From positions 1 through 64,000 of the IMG/VR virus record IMGVR_UViG_3300032321_001270: a stretch of DNA of 64,000 nt; one strand, written 5' to 3'. Made by a program: the position numbers and the translations under genes. Under the pieces are notes generated by a model. That model saw only the letters and a list, made by a program, of their open reading frames with translations. It ran no database searches and was not told the origin of the DNA. Each line of letters opens with the position of its first letter. The stretch's first letter is position 1. Source of the stretch: a virus. Its lineage: Duplodnaviria; Caudoviricetes. This document shows positions 37,996 through 45,786 of the stretch, one piece after another.

Positions 37996-38616
37996 TTACC
38001 ACTCAAACTCAACCGGGTTTTGTGTCTTATAACCAAAGTTAATGTCAATCGGCGACTTTAACTTCACGCCGGGTAGCGGCAGTTTTGGCGCCACAGCGGC
38101 GGTGCCACCCAATAAACCAGCGGCGGCCAAAGTCGGCACGCCATAATGCGCGCCAGCAAGATTCTCAAGCTGCCGGCCGCCAAACTGTAGCGCATCACCG
38201 GCAAAGTTTGTGACGTGACCGGCACCGCGCGCTGTTCGACCGCCCAACCTAACACCGTGCCCAAGCAACGCCATTAGATCGCGCGAGACACCCGATGTGC
38301 CGCCCGAACCGCGGATCATGCGCTCGCCACCCTTCATAGCCTCGCGTCCAGCCGAGAGCGCCAACCCGCCAAGACCCTGCGACGAACCCATGCCAGCCGC
38401 TGTGTTCTGGGCCGCGCCACCGACCAACTGCCCGGCGCCTGTCATACCGCGGCCAAAACCTTTGACGATGTGTTTGGAACCCTGATTCACCGTCTGGGCG
38501 CCGCGGGCAATGCTAGAACCAACGTTCTGCAGTCGCGCGCCAAGGCCACCCCAATTGATCGCCTGTTTTTCGAGCGTTCCAATTTGAAATCCAAAGTCAA
38601 ACGGCGTCATGTGCAT
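37996..38616 (-). CDS. Gly-rich protein with MTPFDFG...EKQA leader
   Basis: Leader similar to neighbours; amphipathic Gly-rich body. Confidence 0.6.
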   Translation of the reverse strand: MHMTPFDFGFQIGTLEKQAINWGGLGARLQNVGSSIARGAQTVNQGSKHIVKGFGRGMTGAGQLVGGAAQNTAAGMGSSQGLGGLALSAGREAMKGGERMIRGSGGTSGVSRDLMALLGHGVRLGGRTARGAGHVTNFAGDALQFGGRQLENLAGAHYGVPTLAAAGLLGGTAAVAPKLPLPGVKLKSPIDINFGYKTQNPVEFEW

Positions 38617-38629
38617 ACCTTTCTGCTAT

Positions 38630-39280
38630 TTAAAAGCTCATCATTGGATTGTTTAACTGCGGCGGCTGCATAGGTTGCATCGGTTGCCCGCCAGCACCCA
38701 TCGCCATTCCCGCCAGCGAGCCAGCTGTTGTAGCCAGCGGCGCCATCTGCATGGTCTGCATAGGATTCTTGATCGCGGCGTTCCAGACTTTGCCGCCCAC
38801 GCCCGGATTCTGAGCCAGCGGCGCCACTTTCTGGACACCCTTGGACATGGCTTGGTTCACGCCGGTCATCATCTTGCGGCCGCGATCCACGAATTGGACC
38901 GAACCCGACGACAACGCGCGGCCGGTTTGTTTCATGCCGGCCCGAGCCAGCGCGCGGCCTGCCGACACGCCAGCGCGGCCGGCAGCTCCAGCAGCAAAAC
39001 CAAATCCCGGCAGAAAGCTCAGGGCGCCATTGAGTACAGACAGCCCGGCTTGCCCAAAGCGGCCGTTGTATAAATGCCGTGTTGTATCGTTTATCGCAGT
39101 GGGCACGCCCGTGATCGGATTGGAATACAACGCCACGTCCTGTACCAAGCCGCGTTGGGTGGGATCAAACTGCCCCATCGCGCCGCCTGTGCCGAACGCA
39201 ATCTCGTCGCCGGTCTCGCCAAACAGTGCGCGCTTCTCTAGCTGCACACCGACACGGTAGCCGAACTCGTAAGGCTGCAT
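38630..39280 (-). CDS. Gly-rich protein with MQPYEFG...EKRA leader
   Basis: Start re-called (GGAG RBS); leader similar to neighbours. Confidence 0.6.
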   Translation of the reverse strand: MQPYEFGYRVGVQLEKRALFGETGDEIAFGTGGAMGQFDPTQRGLVQDVALYSNPITGVPTAINDTTRHLYNGRFGQAGLSVLNGALSFLPGFGFAAGAAGRAGVSAGRALARAGMKQTGRALSSGSVQFVDRGRKMMTGVNQAMSKGVQKVAPLAQNPGVGGKVWNAAIKNPMQTMQMAPLATTAGSLAGMAMGAGGQPMQPMQPPQLNNPMMSF

Positions 39281-39397
39281 AGTTACTTGCTCCAAAAAAC
39301 ACACGCGAACGCCCCACACCTGACTCGGTTCCGCTTCGGTGAGGAGTTTGTGACAGGAAACCGAAAAAACATCCCCTCGCTCGCGTGTGTTATTTTG

Positions 39398-39931
39398 TTA
39401 TTTTTGGCACTCCCGGCTGCAGCGAAACACGAGCGAATACCGCGTGTCCGCCACAGGACAGATTTCATGTTTCCAATTGTAGCGGATTTCGTCGCGCATT
39501 TGTACAAGGCTTCGGGGCGGGAGTTCTACAGAGAATGAGCGCTCTTCGTGCGTAAATACCATTGTAGCCGGAGTGACGAGGCTTAAAACCGTGATTACCG
39601 CGCCGCCTGCAGGGGCATCAATGTGCGGCAGAATAACTTGTTTTTTTAGATACTGATTAAGCGTAATTGAGTCTGGCCGTATCTCTACCAGTTTTTGTTC
39701 TACGAGGCGGTCCAGCAAAAATTCAAAGTGCGCCGGTATTGTAGCTGACAGCCGATCGTTGCTGTACGGCACCGCAGAACCCCAACGTTGAACCACATTG
39801 CGCCCTTTGACGTGGTGCCGTTTATGTCCTGTGGGGATGCCCGCCTCAATACAGGTTATTAATGTCTGTTCTTCTTCTGCCGAGATAAACTCTGGGATCA
39901 ACGCAAGTGTGCCGACGTCCGTGGGAAGCAT
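39398..39931 (-). CDS. AlkB-family 2OG-Fe(II) dioxygenase
   Basis: LNQY...PHID (HxD), WKHEI (distal H), RYSLVFR. Confidence 0.85.
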   Translation of the reverse strand: MLPTDVGTLALIPEFISAEEEQTLITCIEAGIPTGHKRHHVKGRNVVQRWGSAVPYSNDRLSATIPAHFEFLLDRLVEQKLVEIRPDSITLNQYLKKQVILPHIDAPAGGAVITVLSLVTPATMVFTHEERSFSVELPPRSLVQMRDEIRYNWKHEICPVADTRYSLVFRCSRECQK

Positions 39932-39943
39932 AAGGCGCTCCAG

Positions 39944-40324
39944 TCACCGGCGATACTGCGCACAACGGCGATTCCGGTGCATATCTCGCCGAAAGGCCGC
40001 GGCCATCTTGCGCACGTCCTTGTTGTAGCAATGATAATTAAAAAAGTGCCCAAACATGAAATGACACGATGTTTCGCACAACGTAATTAAATTGTGCTCA
40101 ACGAGTTCCAGTTCCGGCGCAATGCTCACTGGATAAATATGATGCACGTTTAAATTCGTCGTGCGACCGCAGACTTCACAAACGGGGTGCTTCGCTAGGT
40201 GTTCAGCCCGCACCCGTCGCCATGCGCCTGCGCGTGCCCGCAAATCGAGGATGTGCCGGGGTCGCAGCCAGAGGGGCAAGAAGCGTTCGACGGCGTGCCA
40301 GCAGGCAAGAAAAATGGCACGCAT
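39944..40324 (-). CDS. HNH endonuclease
   Basis: CEVCG...VHHIYP...NLITLC...CHFMFGH. Confidence 0.85.
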   Translation of the reverse strand: MRAIFLACWHAVERFLPLWLRPRHILDLRARAGAWRRVRAEHLAKHPVCEVCGRTTNLNVHHIYPVSIAPELELVEHNLITLCETSCHFMFGHFFNYHCYNKDVRKMAAAFRRDMHRNRRCAQYRR

Positions 40325-40443
40325 GGCATAACTTTCGTGCTGCCGCAGTGATACGGCGGGTCATACGGGCAGTTCTGGCATTTGCGACCACAACACATTT
40401 GCTGCGCTAGTAAAAACTCCCGGGACAGAGGCTGCGGGCTCAT
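40195..40443 (-). CDS. Small Cys-rich protein (DUF5522-like)
   Basis: CCGRKCQNCPY motif; the C-terminal part overlaps the HNH gene. Confidence 0.45.
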   Translation of the reverse strand: MSPQPLSREFLLAQQMCCGRKCQNCPYDPPYHCGSTKVMPCVPFFLPAGTPSNASCPSGCDPGTSSICGHAQAHGDGCGLNT

Positions 40444-40793
40444 AGCACGGTCGAAGCGTGCGTGAATTTTTTTTCGTAGTGGGCGTAAATGTCAGCGTAG
40501 GCCACACCCCACGCGGCATCATGCGCGAGCTTGTTGAACGCCTCGTCGTCCGCGGCGTTATCCAGCCGGTGGTTCCACGCCCGCGCATGCGCCCACTCGT
40601 GGATTAAAACATCCATGGAACGCGACTCGTCCAGACTCTTGTCGATCTGGATGTGGAACTTCTTGCCCTGTTTCCAGCAGCGGCCCTCTAACTTGGAGAG
40701 CTTGACGCGGCGAACGCTCACGGGAAACGCCGCGGGGCACTCTTTTTTGAGCATCCGCAGGAGGGCGTTGTAATACTTAAATCGAGCCGCCAT
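40440..40793 (-). CDS. Small HExxH zinc metallopeptidase-like protein
   Basis: VLIHEWAHA...HD..WG; start re-called at MAARFK (GGAGG RBS). Confidence 0.6.
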   Translation of the reverse strand: MAARFKYYNALLRMLKKECPAAFPVSVRRVKLSKLEGRCWKQGKKFHIQIDKSLDESRSMDVLIHEWAHARAWNHRLDNAADDEAFNKLAHDAAWGVAYADIYAHYEKKFTHASTVL

Positions 40794-40880
40794 GCTCCGT
40801 CCTCCTGAAGGGCGTCCTTGCCGCAACAGGCTGATTATACAGGGCCGGAGTTACGTTTGTCGCATCAGGTTTTTAGCTTG

Positions 40881-40998
40881 TTTTAGTGCGCTTGAAGCGA
40901 CGCAGCCGTGTGATAGGATCGCCGAAGCAACCTGATCTTTGACGCGAGCGCCGAAGCTTCCGAGTCATTCTGGCGACGTCGCTTCAAAAGCACTAAAA
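40881..40998 (-). ncRNA. Candidate structured RNA element
   Basis: 20/22-bp terminal inverted repeat enclosing two C(UUCG)G hairpins on the minus strand. Confidence 0.4.
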
Positions 40999-41823
40999 CG
41001 TAAATTGAAATTTTGAAAGTTGTCGATACGGGGCTACGCCGGCGGGCGGATTACCGTCGGGCGGCGGTGAAAACGGATCCGGCCACGGTTGAAATATCGG
41101 GCGACATTTTATCGTTTGCGAGGGCGGACCAAACAAGTACGGATGTTTGGCTGTCGTATCTGGGTTTGTCACGGCAAAGCAGAAATAAAACGACAGCGAC
41201 AACGCCGTGCGTTTTTTGTTGCCCATGCGCGGACACACGATAGGAAATTTTCGCCGTTTGCCGTTGCCGGAGCCGCTGTCTGCCCACGGAATGCAATTAA
41301 TCGGAAAATCTTCTTTGGTGGGAATGCGCGCTTCTTCCAACAGCCAATAAAACTCAAAAACGTTAAATGCGTTCAGCAAACATATTTCGTACGGCCTAGG
41401 TTTGCGCGTGAGTCGTTCATCATGCACTTCAAACCGAAACTCAGTGTGGTACGTTTTTAAAACGCTAACAGGCCCGCCGGGTCCCGCGCCTCTGGGCCCA
41501 GCGCCACCCCAAAACGGCGTGCCGTTTGTGCCGTCATAATACCGTGTATAGTGCGGCGGATGTACAAACCGCCGCCGCTTTTGACGCTTACCGCCGCTCT
41601 TGCCGCGTTCGGCACGTTCGGCGAATAGCCAGACTCTGCTTGTCGCCAGCCACTCCTGCGTGCTGGTCTGTTCGTACGAGATGCCGATTTCCGGTACGTC
41701 GGGATGGTCGCGGCGCAATAGCGTCACTTTCGGGGCCGGGATGATCAACGGCAAGCCCGCGAGGTCGTGCGCCGACACGCTGGCGTTCTTGATGTTTCGA
41801 CCGCCAAAATTGATTTCATTCAT
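40993..41823 (-). CDS. Hypothetical protein
   Basis: 276-aa ORF; no recognised motif. Confidence 0.5.
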   Translation of the reverse strand: MNEINFGGRNIKNASVSAHDLAGLPLIIPAPKVTLLRRDHPDVPEIGISYEQTSTQEWLATSRVWLFAERAERGKSGGKRQKRRRFVHPPHYTRYYDGTNGTPFWGGAGPRGAGPGGPVSVLKTYHTEFRFEVHDERLTRKPRPYEICLLNAFNVFEFYWLLEEARIPTKEDFPINCIPWADSGSGNGKRRKFPIVCPRMGNKKRTALSLSFYFCFAVTNPDTTAKHPYLFGPPSQTIKCRPIFQPWPDPFSPPPDGNPPAGVAPYRQLSKFQFTF

Positions 41824-41847
41824 AACACAAACTTTCGGCTATTGTTA

Positions 41848-42615
41848 TTATGCGTTTCCGGCATTTTTCTGCAGCTGCGCTAACACAGCCGCCGCGCTCT
41901 TTTTAACGTCTTCGTCGCCCGAGTCTTCAGACTTTTCTTCTTTTTCGGCCGACTCTTCCTTGGGCTCATCATCTTTCTTTTTCTTGCCAATGCTCGCGCC
42001 GATGTTGCCACCCAGATGCGCGCCGGCCCCGAGGCCCAGTGCGCCGCCCGAGAGCAGGCCAATTCCGGCGCCCGGTCCGCCACCCAAAGCGCCGCCTGTG
42101 AGCGCGCCCATCAGGCCGCCGCCCACACCGCCGGCCAAGCCACCAACACCAGCGCCCAAGCCACCGCCGAGGGAAGAAAGCAGCGAGGCCGTCTTGGGTT
42201 GTTCCCACGACGGTTTGCCTAAAATCGCGCTGGTGCCGGCATAGCCAGCACCGCCCCCGACTGCAGCACCAGCCGGAGCGCCCATGCCGACGGCGGCCAC
42301 CAGCTTGCCAAGGTTCTCGCGGTTGCGCTGATTCATATCAAAACGACGTGGAATTTTAATCCCGCCGCGCGGAACCGGCAGCCGCTTGCCTTTCATCAAC
42401 ATCATCGCCGCCAGAATACCAGCCGGAATACCCGCCACAGCGCCTAAGCTCGTGCCCGTAGCTTTCGCCGCACCACGGCCAGCGCCTTCCATGCGGTGGC
42501 CTTCCGGCGACGTGACTGCGCCCAACCCGGCGCCGATCAGGCCCGGGCCTAAAAACGCCTGCTTGCCCATGGTCTTGCCAATCTGCATGCCAAACTGTTG
42601 CGGAGTTGCGGCCAT
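41848..42615 (-). CDS. Glycine-zipper protein with ATPQQFG...GKQA leader
   Basis: Start re-called at MAATPQ; long GGLGAGVGGLAGG zipper after PKTAS; acidic tail with KKSAA. Confidence 0.6.
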   Translation of the reverse strand: MAATPQQFGMQIGKTMGKQAFLGPGLIGAGLGAVTSPEGHRMEGAGRGAAKATGTSLGAVAGIPAGILAAMMLMKGKRLPVPRGGIKIPRRFDMNQRNRENLGKLVAAVGMGAPAGAAVGGGAGYAGTSAILGKPSWEQPKTASLLSSLGGGLGAGVGGLAGGVGGGLMGALTGGALGGGPGAGIGLLSGGALGLGAGAHLGGNIGASIGKKKKDDEPKEESAEKEEKSEDSGDEDVKKSAAAVLAQLQKNAGNA

Positions 42616-42718
42616 TCTGTCACCTGTGGCTTGAATAGAGTTTTGAATTTTTTTACTGGCTACGTGTTGAACGATCTTCTCGAACAGCTTGCGCCGCGAC
42701 AGCATCAGCGCCGTGAGT

Positions 42719-44881
42719 TTAGCGGTCGGGAGCGGCGGCATCAGCAGGCTCGTCGTCAAGAATACTGGGCGATTTCTTGGGCGTCGCTGTTGGGTATTTT
42801 AACAGCTTGCGGCGTTTCTTTGGAAGCGGCCGATTTGCGGCATCTGTTATTAACTTAAGCGACTTGAAAACCGCGCTTTCTTTCTCTTGGGTTTCAGGCT
42901 CGGGCTGCTGGCGTTTGAGATACTTCTGTAACTCCTGCTCCTGATATGCCTGCAGCATCGTTTTGATATCATCTTTTTTGGCTGGCGATACTAACTTGGC
43001 CGGATCAATGGCCCAGTGCTGCAGCGCCCAACCCCGGCGTGGCGACGGGCTCTTCATAAACGGCCCGCCATGGCGTGCTTTGAAGCTCGCCCAGCGCTTA
43101 ATCTGCCGGGTGTCTTCGTCTGGAATCCTGCGGCCGGAGTTATAGTTCTGATACCACTCCAGCCAGCCCTTGGGATCATGCTCGGTGACCCACTCTGGCT
43201 TCCACTCGCCCAAGCTGGCTAAGCGCGGGCCCTCTTGTTCATAGAGTGACTTGTACACACCCATGCGATGCAATTGGCCGGGTGTAAAATCTGGTTGAAA
43301 GTCCGGCAGCTCGGCGCTGGTCTTTACGCCGTGCTCGTCTTGGTAGCGCGTGCCTTCGTCGCGCAAGATCCGGCGAAACTCCTCGTTGAACTGTTCTTTC
43401 TCGTCGGCCAAGTGCGCCAGTACTTCGTCGCCGGTGCGCTCGCGCTTGTAGCCCAAGAATTTCCCAAGCATGCTGGGATCTTCCGAGGCGCTAAGATATC
43501 TTTGCACGAGCACGTTCTTGAGTTCTTCGGGCAAACCGACGTGCGAGTCAAAGCGCAGACCACGACCACGAGCTTGCTGGCTGCGCGATTCATGCCAGTG
43601 CGGGTCTAAGAGCTGAATAAGACTGGTGCCCTTCGTGGACAAGCCTTCAGCGCCAGCCGGGCCAATGAGCAACGCGCGTAACTTCCCGGCGTTGTATGCG
43701 TCGACCGCTTGCTGGCGAGCTTTGGGAGAAACACCGCCATGAAAGAACCCATAGGGAATCTTGGCTTTCTCTAGGCCGGCTGCGTACGGCGACAAGCCAG
43801 AGTCCACGAAGTTGGAATAGATAATCGCCTTCTTGCGTTTGTCACTCTTGAGCGTGTCCTGCAGGTTTTTGAACGCCGTCTGTAATTTTGCGCTTTGCTG
43901 GAACGCCTTGGCCGGATCTTTGTCGGCGCGAAACGGCTGCGTGGACAGACTTACTTGGCGCAGCCCCGACATGAAGCTGTTTAACTTGGCGAGTTCTTCC
44001 TTGGACAGCGGAAACTCTTGGTCCAGTTTCCATAAGAACCCCGGCGGAATCTTCGTGCGAATCGCTTTCTGGATCTTCTGCTGTTCGCTGCTCAGGGGCA
44101 CGCGCACGACTTGCTCGTTGACGTTCACGCCATCAGGAGTCTTGCTGGGCTGATAATCCACTTTGCCGCGTAACAAGCTGCGCAGTTCAGCTTCGTTCTT
44201 CACCACTGGTTTAACGCCGGGCTTCGCACCCCGCAGCCAACCAAACAGCCCCGGCCGCACGGTCTTCTGACCGACGTAGCGCTTCTCGAATTCTTCCGGT
44301 GTGATCTCTTTGTTATTGAGCATGGACAACAAGTTCGCCAAGTCACTGGGCGAATTGGTGACCGGCGAACCCGTTAATAACAAGAGGCGCTTGGCGTTGG
44401 CGGCGGCTTCGGCAGCACTGTATGAACTGGCGCTGTTGGGATTACGAAGCCTGTGCGCCTCGTCCATGATCAGTGTGTCGGGCTGCTGTTGAAACTTCTT
44501 GCCCAAGGCCAGCCCCGTGTAACTCATGATCTCGGGATTGGAGTTGCGCGTAAACTTGCCGATTTCTTTCTCGAAATTACCCCGCAAGCTAGCTGGAACC
44601 ACGATACCGTAGTCTTCGCCGGTCTCTTCCTTGGCTTTCTCGGCCGCGGCAATGCTAGAGAGCGACTTCCCTGACCCCAAACCGTGATAGACGAGCATGC
44701 GGGGATCGCCACTAGTCAGCCGGTCGGCAATGCGCTGCTGATGTTCCTGCAGCTGGATATTTGGGTCCAGCTCGGCCTGTTTGTCGGCCAAAATGCTCGG
44801 ACTGGCTGACTTATCGGCCCATGTTCGCACGGCGGCCACAAGATCGACCGGTAGCTGCGCCGTTTTGTTATTTGTATCCAT
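42719..44881 (-). CDS. SF2 (SNF2/NPH-I-like) helicase fused to a C-terminal DPKGWLEWY domain
   Basis: HGLGSGKS (I), MDEAH (II), LTGSP (III), GAEGLS (V), QARGRGLR (VI); C-terminal DPKGWLEWY...GRRIPDEDTRQIKRW. Confidence 0.85.
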   Translation of the reverse strand: MDTNNKTAQLPVDLVAAVRTWADKSASPSILADKQAELDPNIQLQEHQQRIADRLTSGDPRMLVYHGLGSGKSLSSIAAAEKAKEETGEDYGIVVPASLRGNFEKEIGKFTRNSNPEIMSYTGLALGKKFQQQPDTLIMDEAHRLRNPNSASSYSAAEAAANAKRLLLLTGSPVTNSPSDLANLLSMLNNKEITPEEFEKRYVGQKTVRPGLFGWLRGAKPGVKPVVKNEAELRSLLRGKVDYQPSKTPDGVNVNEQVVRVPLSSEQQKIQKAIRTKIPPGFLWKLDQEFPLSKEELAKLNSFMSGLRQVSLSTQPFRADKDPAKAFQQSAKLQTAFKNLQDTLKSDKRKKAIIYSNFVDSGLSPYAAGLEKAKIPYGFFHGGVSPKARQQAVDAYNAGKLRALLIGPAGAEGLSTKGTSLIQLLDPHWHESRSQQARGRGLRFDSHVGLPEELKNVLVQRYLSASEDPSMLGKFLGYKRERTGDEVLAHLADEKEQFNEEFRRILRDEGTRYQDEHGVKTSAELPDFQPDFTPGQLHRMGVYKSLYEQEGPRLASLGEWKPEWVTEHDPKGWLEWYQNYNSGRRIPDEDTRQIKRWASFKARHGGPFMKSPSPRRGWALQHWAIDPAKLVSPAKKDDIKTMLQAYQEQELQKYLKRQQPEPETQEKESAVFKSLKLITDAANRPLPKKRRKLLKYPTATPKKSPSILDDEPADAAAPDR

Positions 44882-45752
44882 CCGGCGTCCCTGTCGGTTC
44901 GGCGCGTTGGCTGGCGATAGGATCAGAGCCCGTCGTGGCTTGTGCGGCCAGTGCCAGCTCGTATTGCTTGATCTGCGATTCTACCCAATTCACATACAAA
45001 CTAATACGGGTGAACCCAGACTCGTCGCCGTATGTGCCGTCAGGTTTTTTGTCTTTGGCCATGAGAAACGAGTTAATTCCCGCTAACTTATTGCCAATAA
45101 ACATGCCGCCGCCAGAGTCGCCGGGGGCAATCATAAACTCTAGTGGAAATCGCCCAACGCCGCTGGTGGGAGAGCACACCAGCACGCCGCGCTCTTGGCC
45201 GTCGATCTTATTGTGCCCGGCGCGGCGATGGCCGTCAGACGATGTGCAGCCCGTGTGAAACGTGCCGTGCAGGCCGTAGCCGGAGAACGTAATTGCTTTG
45301 CCCAGCTCGTCGGAATCTCGGTACAGCTCGGGGTAAAACTCGGCCTTGAAGTCTTCCGGCGAATAACCCAGCGCCAGATCATAAAAGCCAAAGTTATCGT
45401 CTTGAAAGTCTTTGTGCGCGATCACGGTCTGGAGCGGAAACGGCTTGTCTCGGCCTTCGCGCAAGATGGCGGGCTCGGTGGTGTCTTTGACCACGTGGGC
45501 TGCGGTCAAAATCCAGTGCGGGCGAATGATCACCGCTGAGCCGTACTGGGGATGTTCTTTTAATTTGCATTCAGGCTTGTCGCACGTGGTATTGGCCCGG
45601 ATGCGCACCACGTTGGGAAACTGCTTGCCAAACTCGACGTATTTTTCATCTGGGGTGTTTGGATCGATCGTTCCCGCGGTCGCAAAGCGCGTGGATACAA
45701 TCACAACGATCACAAAGCGAAGCAGGCGGGCTAGAAATTCTTGCACATCCAT
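44868..45752 (-). CDS. Exported trypsin-like (S1) serine protease
   Basis: WILTAAH, YDLALG, GDSGGG; N-terminal signal/TM. Confidence 0.85.
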   Translation of the reverse strand: MDVQEFLARLLRFVIVVIVSTRFATAGTIDPNTPDEKYVEFGKQFPNVVRIRANTTCDKPECKLKEHPQYGSAVIIRPHWILTAAHVVKDTTEPAILREGRDKPFPLQTVIAHKDFQDDNFGFYDLALGYSPEDFKAEFYPELYRDSDELGKAITFSGYGLHGTFHTGCTSSDGHRRAGHNKIDGQERGVLVCSPTSGVGRFPLEFMIAPGDSGGGMFIGNKLAGINSFLMAKDKKPDGTYGDESGFTRISLYVNWVESQIKQYELALAAQATTGSDPIASQRAEPTGTPDGYK

Positions 45753-45786
45753 GGCAAGCCCCAGTCTATAAATAGTTAGTGTGGTT

